From: Gemmatimonadales bacterium
GTDB lineage: Bacteria; Gemmatimonadota; Gemmatimonadetes; Gemmatimonadales; GWC2-71-9
Assembly: GCA_037189525.1 (NCBI GenBank)
Contig: JBBCJC010000001.1
Coordinates: 608,001 to 672,000, forward strand
Direction: 5' to 3'
DNA: 64,000 nt
Every line of letters starts with the position of its first letter. Within the stretch, counting starts at the first letter, position 1. A model generated the notes under the pieces. It was given only the letters and a program-made list of their open reading frames with translations, made no database searches and was not told the DNA's origin. Below, in pieces: positions 11,646 to 20,397 of the stretch. A program made the translations under genes and the position numbers.

Positions 11646-11660
11646 GCTACACCTTGTAAC
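11646..11660. promoter_or_regulatory. BlaI/MecI/CopY-type operator 2
   Basis: GCTACA-CCT-TGTAAC ending 2 nt before the repressor ATG and downstream of a TTGACG -35-like box (11626-11631). Confidence 0.7.
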
Positions 11661-11662
11661 GC

Positions 11663-12058
11663 ATGTCAAAGGAGATCCCGCTGACCCCCCTTCCCGCGCT
11701 CGGAAAGCTGGAGGCCGAGGTATTGCGCCTGGTCTGGCAGCAGGGGACCATGACGGCGGAGTCGGTGCGTAACGCGTTGGAGCGACCGCTCAAGGAGTCG
11801 ACCGTTCGGACCGTGCTGCGTCGCCTCGAAGAGAAGGGATACCTCCGACACGAAACCGACGGACGCACCTATCTCTATTCCGCCACCGCGCCAGTGGGCG
11901 ACATTGCCGAGCGAGGCGCTCGCGGACTGGCGGACTGGCTCTTCGACGGGTCAATGGGCGACTTGCTGGTCGGCCTGGTCGGATCGTCGAAGCTCAAGCG
12001 CGAAGAACTGGACCACCTGGCGAAGCTGATCGAGCAGGCCCGACGCGAGGGCCCATGA
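11663..12058 (+). CDS. BlaI/MecI/CopY family repressor
   Basis: LGKLEAEVLRLVW...STVRTVLRRLEEKGYL...GRTYLY...LFDGS. Confidence 0.92.
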   Translation: MSKEIPLTPLPALGKLEAEVLRLVWQQGTMTAESVRNALERPLKESTVRTVLRRLEEKGYLRHETDGRTYLYSATAPVGDIAERGARGLADWLFDGSMGDLLVGLVGSSKLKREELDHLAKLIEQARREGP

Positions 12059-13059
12059 TCGGCGACATCCTGATCGAATCGGCGATTCGAGCCTCCCTCC
12101 TTGGCCTGGGCGTCGCCGGCATACTCCGACTGACCGGAATGCGAAGCGAGCGATACGAGCGCCTCGCCTGGATCGGCGTCCTGACGATCGCGGCCGCGTT
12201 ACCGTTGCTGATTCCCCTGGCTGTTTCCGTCGCGCCCCGCCCCTCCAGCATTTCGCTGCCATCGACGATGATCGCCTGGCTCCAGCCTGAAGCTGCGTCC
12301 GGGTGGGCAGTCAGCCGCGCTGCGATCTACACCCTGTACCTGAGCGTCGCCCTCGGGCTGCTGGCGCGGACCGGCATTGGCGTCCTTCGAATTCGCCGCT
12401 GCTGGAACCTCGCGACGCCACTCCCGGAGCTGACTCGAAACCGCATCGAGGTGCGGGCGAGCACCGTCTTGACGACGCCAGCAGCCACCACCCGCGGCAT
12501 CCTGGTTCCTGCGGACTGGTCGCGCTGGCCAGCGGAGACGCTGACCTGGGTTTTGGCTCACGAGTGGTCGCACGTCGTCCGGAGGGATGCCGCGTGGCAA
12601 CTGACGGCCCGAGTTTATCGCGCCATCTTCTGGTTCAATCCGCTCTCGTGGTGGCTCGAGCGACGAATGGCCCTACTATCGGAACTCTTGAGCGACAACG
12701 ACGCGCTCAGCGCAATCGAGCGGCGCGCGGACTACGCCGAGCTGCTGCTGGCCTTTGCCAGACGACCCGCCTATTCACTGCACACGATGAGCATGGCTCG
12801 TCGCTCCGACCTGGCCCGACGAATTCAACGAATCATCCAGCCCGTCGAGCCCGGGACCCTATCCGCAGCAAGCATCGCCACGGCATGGGCAAGCGCCGCG
12901 ATCGTCGTGGCGTTAGCGATCGGAGGACCGTGGTTTCGGGTACACACCACTGCTCAGCCAGCGTTCGACCGTCTGCCCCCGCTCGAGCCCCTGACGCAAC
13001 GGCTCGCTCCGTTACCCCCGCTCCGACTCGACCCGACACCTTCGTCCGGAACCCGATAG
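12055..13059 (+). CDS. M56 family metallopeptidase (BlaR1/MecR1-like, no penicillin-binding domain)
   Basis: ATGA overlap with the repressor; TM helices; HEWSH, FWFNPLSW, E..SD, YAELLL, LARRIQRI. Confidence 0.9.
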   Translation: MIGDILIESAIRASLLGLGVAGILRLTGMRSERYERLAWIGVLTIAAALPLLIPLAVSVAPRPSSISLPSTMIAWLQPEAASGWAVSRAAIYTLYLSVALGLLARTGIGVLRIRRCWNLATPLPELTRNRIEVRASTVLTTPAATTRGILVPADWSRWPAETLTWVLAHEWSHVVRRDAAWQLTARVYRAIFWFNPLSWWLERRMALLSELLSDNDALSAIERRADYAELLLAFARRPAYSLHTMSMARRSDLARRIQRIIQPVEPGTLSAASIATAWASAAIVVALAIGGPWFRVHTTAQPAFDRLPPLEPLTQRLAPLPPLRLDPTPSSGTR

Positions 13060-13172
13060 TCGAGACCGCCCTGTGCTGAAACTGCGGCAGCTACCGTCTC
13101 CTCCCAACACGACAGTCGTGCCCCGCTCGCTCCGGATCGGTCGGACCAAGACCCGACCTGGCTTTACGATCG

Positions 13173-14384
13173 CTACCGTTCGACGGTCAGCGCCACCGTA
13201 GCCCCGCGCCGCAACGTCAGAACCGTCACCTCGGGCCAGGCGCCGATCCGAAGCGGAATGCCCCAGTAGTTGGTACCAGGGTTGATATAGAGGAGCGACG
13301 CGGCCTCGTGATAGCTCCCCATTGCATAACGCAGAAATGGTGACGCCATACTCCACCTCAGCCGAGGAATCGAGAGTTGGCCGTGGTGGGTATGGCCGCT
13401 CAGGGTGAGCGCGACCCCGCGCCGGACGAGCGCCGGCCAGAGCGCGGGGTTGTGGGCCAGCGCAATGACAAAGGCGCCCGACGGGACCCGCGCCAGCGTC
13501 GCCGCGATGTCCGGGACCGCCTCCGAAGCGCCTCCTGCAGACCAACCGAATGCCGCCGGATCGCCGGTGCCGGCGAGCCAGACCCGGCCGTCACCCCGCT
13601 CGAGCGCGGTCGCATCGTTGACGAGGACCCGGATGCCCGCGGCCTCGAGCCGCTCTCGCACCGTGCGCCACCCGGCGTAGATGTCGTGGTTCCCCGCGAT
13701 CGCAACGACGCCGAGCGGCGCGGTAAGGCCACCGAAGGCGGCGACGAAATCGTCGGTATCGAGGCCGTAGTCGTCGACCTGATCGCCGGTGATCGCGATC
13801 AGGTCCGGTTCCGCGGCGCGTACGGCGGCTGCGATGCGCGCCAGAAAGGCCCGATCCGTCTGGGGCCCGACGTGGAGATCCGAGAGCTGCACGATCCGCG
13901 TCCCCTCAAACCCGGATGGCAGGTCGGGATGCTCGACCAGCAACTCCCGTACGACCAGACGACGCGACCCGAAATACCCCGCGATCGCAGCGATGCCGAA
14001 GGCCGTTGCGGCTATCGTGGCCCCCCATCGGCCACCGGCGCCCGGCGCCGAAAACAGCAGACCCAACACGAGGCCGCCCAACGCACCGACGCCCACCAAC
14101 GGGAGCGCGGCCTGCACATACCAGAACGGGCGCAGCAACCAGAGTCGCTGCCCAGCAGGCGGGTGATAGCGCCCGGCCAAGCCGCGAAGGACCAGGATGA
14201 TCGGGGCGGTCAGGACAGCCGCAACGATCAGAACGGTGAGCAACCCGCCCGGCGTCACCGGAGCGAACAACAGGCCGAGGAGCAGCCACCAGGATCCGAT
14301 CCAAATAGCGAAGCCGCGGGCCAGTTTCGTGACCGAAGGCGACCCCGATGATCTGGCCTTCTGCTCCTCTGCGGACTCGGACAT
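13173..14384 (-). CDS. Membrane-anchored metallophosphoesterase (YkuE-like)
   Basis: N-terminal TM helices; SDLH, TGD, GNHD, LAHNP, SGHTHHGQ. Confidence 0.88.
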   Translation of the reverse strand: MSESAEEQKARSSGSPSVTKLARGFAIWIGSWWLLLGLLFAPVTPGGLLTVLIVAAVLTAPIILVLRGLAGRYHPPAGQRLWLLRPFWYVQAALPLVGVGALGGLVLGLLFSAPGAGGRWGATIAATAFGIAAIAGYFGSRRLVVRELLVEHPDLPSGFEGTRIVQLSDLHVGPQTDRAFLARIAAAVRAAEPDLIAITGDQVDDYGLDTDDFVAAFGGLTAPLGVVAIAGNHDIYAGWRTVRERLEAAGIRVLVNDATALERGDGRVWLAGTGDPAAFGWSAGGASEAVPDIAATLARVPSGAFVIALAHNPALWPALVRRGVALTLSGHTHHGQLSIPRLRWSMASPFLRYAMGSYHEAASLLYINPGTNYWGIPLRIGAWPEVTVLTLRRGATVALTVER

Positions 14385-14473
14385 CGTCTTGCTCCATGGA
14401 GGTAAAATCAGCCGAAACGGGTACTGGCTGCGGAAACGTGACGCAGGCGTCGAACGTACTGTATTGTATGTCC

Positions 14474-15571
14474 ATGACAACAACTACACGACGGGAATTC
14501 CTGCGGCTCGGGGCTGCCGGTGGCGCCATCGCGGCCGGCCTGGCGCCAGCGTTCCTCCGCGCGCCCCTTTCCTCGGCCCGCCTCAACCTGCTGATCCTGG
14601 GCGGAACCGGATTCATCGGCCCACACCTGGTGCGGCATGCCGTAGCCCGAGGGCACCGCGTCACCATCTTCACCCGCGGGCGCCGCGAAGCGGATCTGCC
14701 CAGCGAGGTGACCCGCCTGGTCGGCGACCGTAACGGCCAACTTGGCGCCCTCGAAGGTAAGACCTGGGACGCCGTCATCGACGACTCGGCCACCGATCCG
14801 GAGTTAGTGCGACAATCGACCGCGCTACTGCGCAACGCGGTGGGTCGCTACCTGTTCACCTCGTCGACCGGGGTGTATTACCCCTACCTGACCCGCGGCC
14901 TCGACGAGTCGACGGCCCCGAGCCTCGAAATGCGCGATCCGAATGACGGCTCGGAGCGCTATGGCGTTCAGAAATCGCAGAGCGAGCGAATCATTCAAGA
15001 TGTCTTCGGCGACCGCGGCGTCGTGTCCCGCCCGACTTACGTGATCGGACCGGGCGACACGACCGACCGCTTCCCCTACTGGCCGGTCCGCCTGGCTCAT
15101 GGCGGCGAGGTCCTGGCTCCCGGCAAACCGGACGATCCGGTCGCATTCATCGATGTGCGCGATCTGGTCGAGTTCATGGTTCGGCTGATCGAGGAGTCGC
15201 GGAGCGGGATCTACAACGTCGTCGGCCCCCGAAACGCAATGATGGCGCCGGAGTTCTACCAGCGCGCCCGCGCAGCGATCAACCCCGACGCCAAGCTGAC
15301 CTTCGTCGACGACTACGACTTCCTGGCCACCCACAAGATCGGGGGCGCCATCCCGTGGGTCATGCTGCGCGGCAACAACTTCGGCCACCAGTCGATCCGG
15401 AACGACCGCGCCGTCGCGGCAGGGTTGCAGTTCCGCCCGATCGAAACGACGATCCGCGATACCCTCGCATGGTGGCCCAGCGTGGCCGAGGAACGGCGCA
15501 ATGCCCCGCGCTTTGCGATCAAACCCGATCAGGAATCAGCCGCGCTCGCCGCCTGGCACGCACGGGGTTGA
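14474..15571 (+). CDS. NAD-dependent epimerase/dehydratase family protein with Tat signal
   Basis: TRREFL twin-arginine motif, GGTGFIG, YGVQK; alternative ATG at 14468. Confidence 0.85.
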   Translation: MTTTTRREFLRLGAAGGAIAAGLAPAFLRAPLSSARLNLLILGGTGFIGPHLVRHAVARGHRVTIFTRGRREADLPSEVTRLVGDRNGQLGALEGKTWDAVIDDSATDPELVRQSTALLRNAVGRYLFTSSTGVYYPYLTRGLDESTAPSLEMRDPNDGSERYGVQKSQSERIIQDVFGDRGVVSRPTYVIGPGDTTDRFPYWPVRLAHGGEVLAPGKPDDPVAFIDVRDLVEFMVRLIEESRSGIYNVVGPRNAMMAPEFYQRARAAINPDAKLTFVDDYDFLATHKIGGAIPWVMLRGNNFGHQSIRNDRAVAAGLQFRPIETTIRDTLAWWPSVAEERRNAPRFAIKPDQESAALAAWHARG

Positions 15572-15578
15572 ACCGACT

Positions 15579-16640
15579 ATGAGGCGGTTCGTACCCACGG
15601 CTGCGGTCGTCCTGCTGCTGGCAGCCCCGCTCGCCGCCCAATCTTCGACGGCCACTGAGCTGGCCTCCGGCGTCGTTCTGGTCACGATGAGCGACCGAGG
15701 GGCCTCCGACGCCAACGTTCTCCTCGTCATCAACGACAGCGACGTGCTGGTCGTCGACACCGGGATCCTGCCTTCTTCTGCGGAGCTCGCGATCGCGGAA
15801 CTTCGCAAACGGACCGACAAGCCGGTGCGATACATCGTCAACACGCATTGGCACAGCGACCATCACTATGGCAACGCCACCTGGCTCCGCGCCTACCCGA
15901 ACGCCGAGATCATTCAGCACGTCAATACGCGACGGGACGTGATCGAGCGGGATATTCCGTCGTTGCAGCGGAACCTGGCCACCGCGTATCCCGAGGTCAT
16001 CGCCGGGGTCCGGAAAGCCCTCGAGTCCGGCGTAACGGCACAAGGTGCGCCTGTCACGGATGCCATGCGAGCCGGGCTCCACAAACAACTCGACCTGTAC
16101 GAGACATTTCAACGTGAGATGGGGGCGAGCCGGATCGTCCCCGCCACCCTGACCCTTACCGACAGCCTGGTTTTACAGCGCGGTAACCGCACCATCGTGA
16201 TCAAGTATCTGGGCGCGGGCAACACGGCCGGCGACCTGGTGATTCACCTGCCCGCCGAGCGGATCGTCGCAACGGGCGACCTGGTGGTCCACCCGATTCC
16301 GTTCGCCTTCTTTTCTCACCTCGATGCCTGGCCGGCTACCCTGCGCAGACTGATGGCGCTCGACGCGACCACCATCGTGCCGGGGCACGGTCCCGTGCTC
16401 CGCGATTGGGCCTATGCGGAGCAGCTGATCGGGTTGATCGAATCCACCTGGCGCCAGGTGGAACGAGCCGTGGCGTCGGGAGCCCAGGATCTCGACGCGG
16501 TCCGCCGGGCCGTGGACCTCTCGACCGAACGCCAAGGCTTTGCCGCGGATTCGGCCGCCATCCAGCGATTCGACGCGGTGTTCACCATACCGGCCGTCGA
16601 GGCGGCTTATCGGACCTTGCAACCGACGCCAGCCAAGTAA
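15579..16640 (+). CDS. Secreted MBL-fold metallo-hydrolase
   Basis: Signal peptide; VVDTG, THWHSDHHYGN, ATGD, VPGHG. Confidence 0.88.
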   Translation: MRRFVPTAAVVLLLAAPLAAQSSTATELASGVVLVTMSDRGASDANVLLVINDSDVLVVDTGILPSSAELAIAELRKRTDKPVRYIVNTHWHSDHHYGNATWLRAYPNAEIIQHVNTRRDVIERDIPSLQRNLATAYPEVIAGVRKALESGVTAQGAPVTDAMRAGLHKQLDLYETFQREMGASRIVPATLTLTDSLVLQRGNRTIVIKYLGAGNTAGDLVIHLPAERIVATGDLVVHPIPFAFFSHLDAWPATLRRLMALDATTIVPGHGPVLRDWAYAEQLIGLIESTWRQVERAVASGAQDLDAVRRAVDLSTERQGFAADSAAIQRFDAVFTIPAVEAAYRTLQPTPAK

Positions 16641-16654
16641 CCTCCAACCGGCCC

Positions 16655-17379
16655 CCTACCAGACTTACCCCGAAAGAGCCGCGGTATAGCTCGTCGAACC
16701 CGCCTGGAGGCAGGACGGGCGCTGGATCAGCTATCTGGCGGGCGCGACGTCGTCCATCACCGGCGATGTCTGGCGCCAACCTTCCGACGGCAGCGGTCGA
16801 GCGGAGCGGGTGGTCACGAGCACGCGCCCGCTGTCGGAACAGACCTGGGCCGGCAACGTGCTGTTGGTGCGCACGACTACGCCGACGCCGGGCTCGGGAG
16901 ATGTCCTGAGCTATCGTCCAGGCATCGACAGCGCCTTGTCGCCGCTGATCGCTACGCAGATGACCGAGTATTCCCCGATCGCGTCACATGATGGCAAGTG
17001 GATCGCCTGGGTCTCGAACGAAACCGGCCGCTTCGAAGTCTATGCGGCGTCTTTTGCCAACCCCGCGGCCGGCAAATGGCCCATCTCGACGGCTGGCGGC
17101 AACAATCCACGGTGGTCCTACCGCGGCGATGAGATCTTTTATCTCGACGACCGGTCCAACCTGGTCGCGGTGCGGATCAGCACCTTACCCACCTTTGCGG
17201 TTCAGAGCGCGCGGATCCTCTTCAACGCATCGGAGTTTACCCAGCTGGCGGTATCGCGCCGCAACTACGACGTGGCTGTCGACGACCAGCGGTTTCTGAT
17301 GGTACGGCGAGGGGGCGGAGCCCGAAGCGAGCAACTCAGGACCCGACTCTCCCGGCTGCGAGCACGGCCAACCGTTTGA
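16655..17379 (+). pseudogene. Remnant of a PD40/TolB-like beta-propeller (C-terminal region typical of Ser/Thr kinase-PD40 proteins)
   Basis: PAWRQDGRWISY, SHDGKWIAWVSNETGRFEVY, KWPISTAGGNNPRWS, YDVAVDDQRFLMV. No start or RBS; TAG at 16687-16689; TRLT motif in another frame upstream; C-terminus runs into the convergent gene. Confidence 0.7.
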
Positions 17380-17818
17380 GCCCTTCCTGCAACGACGCGT
17401 GATTGCCCTCACCGCCGACGGTGAAGTTCACCAGATACCGCCCTTTGCGAACCACCCACATGGCTCCGTCTTTACTGGCGCCCCAAAGCGCCTGGTCGGC
17501 AACCCCGGCAACGGGAGACAGCTGGATCGCGTCATCCATCTCACGTGACGACTTGATCACCAGATCAATGCCCTTCGTGGCGCCTGCCGCGTTCGAGAAC
17601 TCCATCACGGCAACCCAGAGCATGCGTTTGCCAACCTGGCGGCTACAGGTCCACGCCGTGGCGCCCGTGTCTTCATCCTCATCCGGTCCTCGTGGCTTAC
17701 CCGGCGTCGGCTGACTCCCGAGCGCAGAGGCAATCTCGGCGGGGGTGACTACGGCACACGGATCAGGGGCAGCCGAGGTCAACGAACCGGTCAGCAGCGG
17801 CAGCAGGAGTAGCAGCAT
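17336..17818 (-). CDS. Hypothetical secreted protein
   Basis: Hydrophobic signal, DPCAVVTPAEIASALG and a second Cys, VAGVADQALW. Confidence 0.7.
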   Translation of the reverse strand: MLLLLLPLLTGSLTSAAPDPCAVVTPAEIASALGSQPTPGKPRGPDEDEDTGATAWTCSRQVGKRMLWVAVMEFSNAAGATKGIDLVIKSSREMDDAIQLSPVAGVADQALWGASKDGAMWVVRKGRYLVNFTVGGEGNHASLQEGLKRLAVLAAGRVGS

Positions 17819-18149
17819 CGCGACGCTCCCTGGGCAGAGGGTAGAGTCTTACCATTTCCCCAATCTACCGCACCGTGCAGGAACCGCTACGCGCGGGCGA
17901 TTTCCGACCACTCCGCGACAGGAGCAACCGATCGTCGCGAGTAACGGTCGGGTCAGCTCCGCAACGGACCGAGCCTTGTCCTTGAGGCCAGGTGATACGG
18001 TATCTTCGACCTGACCGAAGACGGACTCGGCACGGCCGGCACTCGCGATCGGCATTGTTTGTCTGTTGACAGGGACCTTGGTGTGGCGCCCAGAACAGAG
18101 CGGACGCTAGTTCAGTGCGGCACTAGCCATCCAATGAAGGCGAGACACC

Positions 18150-18989
18150 ATGGCGAGAAAAGTCACCAGCGGACCCGGCCCCTATCTACTCCACCTGGCC
18201 CTGCTTCGCGAGCGCATTCCTGACACCACACGGTTTCCATACTCGGTTCCCTCCATCGGAGGACTGACGGAACTTCCGTTTCACCCCAAGGTCACGTTTC
18301 TGATCGGGGAAAACGGCTCCGGGAAGTCGACGCTGCTCGAGGCGATTGCCGTTGCCTCTGGGCTCAATCCGGAAGGAGGCAGTCGAAACTTCCGCTTCGC
18401 AACCCGCGCATCCCACTCCTCGCTCGACGAAGCCGTCCGCCTGGTACGGACATCGAGTTTGCCCGGCGACAGCTTCTTTCTGCGCGCCGAAAGTTTTTAC
18501 AACGTTGCCTCGGAAATCGAACGGCTGGACCAGGGCATGCCCGGGTTGACGGCCAGCTACGGTGGAACGTCGCTTCACGAGCAGTCGCATGGCGAGTCGT
18601 TCTTCGCGCTGTTTCAGCATCGGCTCCGCGACAACGGGCTCTATCTCATGGATGAGCCGGAAGCCGCCCTCTCACCCAGCCGCCAGCTCCAGTTCCTCGC
18701 CCTGTTGCACCAGTACGTCGGGGCCGGCTGCCAGTTCGTCATCGCAACGCACTCCCCCATCATCCTGGCATACCCCGACGCCGCGATCTATCTGCTCGAC
18801 GGTGCCCCGCCACGTCGCGTGCTCTATCGGGACACCGAGCACTATCAGGTCACCCGGGACTTTCTGCTTCATCCGGACCGATCGCTGGCCATCCTCCTCG
18901 ACGACACGCCTCCGGCATGCCACGGGCGGCGCGGTCTGGGCGGCGTCCCTGAACATCAGCCCCCTGACTCAGAGGACAGAGCAACCTAG
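18150..18989 (+). CDS. Stand-alone ABC/AAA-type ATPase (COG3910-like)
   Basis: Walker A GENGSGKST, FFLRAESF, SHGESF signature, Walker B LMDEPE, ATHSP. Confidence 0.88.
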   Translation: MARKVTSGPGPYLLHLALLRERIPDTTRFPYSVPSIGGLTELPFHPKVTFLIGENGSGKSTLLEAIAVASGLNPEGGSRNFRFATRASHSSLDEAVRLVRTSSLPGDSFFLRAESFYNVASEIERLDQGMPGLTASYGGTSLHEQSHGESFFALFQHRLRDNGLYLMDEPEAALSPSRQLQFLALLHQYVGAGCQFVIATHSPIILAYPDAAIYLLDGAPPRRVLYRDTEHYQVTRDFLLHPDRSLAILLDDTPPACHGRRGLGGVPEHQPPDSEDRAT

Positions 18990-19050
18990 TTTTGATGGGC
19001 GGGCCTTTCCGGGCTCGCCCATTTTCCTGTCCTCGAGCTTCGAGACTCCA

Positions 19051-20358
19051 ATGACGCGGTTCGTCGTCGCCGTATCTGCACTGCTCCTGATGTCTTCGCC
19101 CGTCGTTGCGCAAACCCCGCCGGACACCGGAACGACGGTGATCCGCGCCGGGCGACTCTTCGACAGCGAAACAGCCACGTTCCTCTCCGGCCGGGAAATC
19201 CTGATCAAGGACGGACGCATCACTGCTGTCGCCGAGCGGGTCGACCGACCGGCGGGCGCCAGGATCATCGACCTGTCGCGCTACACCGTCTTGCCGGGCC
19301 TGATCGACGCGCACACTCATCTCCTCTATCTGGAGGGGACCGGCGCCAGCCTGACCATGGAAGGCATCAAAGCGGTCGTCACCGAGGGACTCCCGCTGCG
19401 AGCCCTACACGGCGCGGCTCGGGGCCGGACCTTCCTCCATGCCGGCATCACGACCGTGCGCGACCTGGGCAACAGCGGCCGCTTCGGTGACGTAGCGCTG
19501 CGCGCCGCCATCGAGGACGGCAGCGTCGACGGCCCCCGACTGATTCCCTCAGGACCGGGGTTGAGTCCGCTCGGTGGGCAGTTCCCGGGTCTCAAGCCGG
19601 GCTTCGAGCATCTCGCCAACGAGGACTACCGCGTCATTCACGATCCGGTCGATGCCGCCGATGCCGTACGCGAGAATGTCACCTTCGGAGCGCGGGTCAT
19701 CAAGATCTTTTCCAACGCCACGCCGAACCCCGGCGTCCTGACCCTCGACGAAATCCGCGCGATCGTCACGTCGGCCAACCTCCACGGAGTCAAGGTTGCA
19801 GCCCACGCCACCAGCGACGCCGCGATCTATCGCGCCGCCCTGGCCGGGGTCCATTCGATCGAGCACGGCTACCAGGTGGCTGACTCGACGCTGGCGCTGA
19901 TGGCCCGCAACGGCGTGACCCTGACGCCGACGGACATCGACAGCGTCTCGATCCTCCGATACCTCGGACTGCAGAACCCGGGTGGGCCGGCTCCCGACCC
20001 CGCATCCGTCCGCGGCTACCTGGACAGCGGCCGCGACCGGCTCCGGCGGGCCATCAAAGCCGGAGTGACGATCACGGCCGGATCGGACAACTACATCGAC
20101 TTCAAGCAGCCGCAGGGTGTTGCGGCGCGACGAGTCCTCTTCGCCTATCGTGAAGCGGGAATGACGCCGAGTCAGATCCTCCAGGCGGCGACCTACAACA
20201 ACGGCAAACTCCTGGGCATGGACGGACGGCTCGGCGTACTCAAAGCCGGTGCGTTGGCCGACCTGATTGCCATCGAGGGCGATCCGGAACGGGACTTTGC
20301 CGCCATCGAACGGGTTCGCTTCGTGATGAAGGCCGGCACCGTCTATCTCGGCCGATAG
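19051..20358 (+). CDS. Secreted amidohydrolase (prolidase-like)
   Basis: Signal peptide; PGLIDAHTH, GITTVRDLG, KIF, AAHA, IEHG, GSD. Confidence 0.88.
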   Translation: MTRFVVAVSALLLMSSPVVAQTPPDTGTTVIRAGRLFDSETATFLSGREILIKDGRITAVAERVDRPAGARIIDLSRYTVLPGLIDAHTHLLYLEGTGASLTMEGIKAVVTEGLPLRALHGAARGRTFLHAGITTVRDLGNSGRFGDVALRAAIEDGSVDGPRLIPSGPGLSPLGGQFPGLKPGFEHLANEDYRVIHDPVDAADAVRENVTFGARVIKIFSNATPNPGVLTLDEIRAIVTSANLHGVKVAAHATSDAAIYRAALAGVHSIEHGYQVADSTLALMARNGVTLTPTDIDSVSILRYLGLQNPGGPAPDPASVRGYLDSGRDRLRRAIKAGVTITAGSDNYIDFKQPQGVAARRVLFAYREAGMTPSQILQAATYNNGKLLGMDGRLGVLKAGALADLIAIEGDPERDFAAIERVRFVMKAGTVYLGR

Positions 20359-20397
20359 TCCGCAGTAGCCAGCCTAACGCCACCACCTGCGCAGTGA

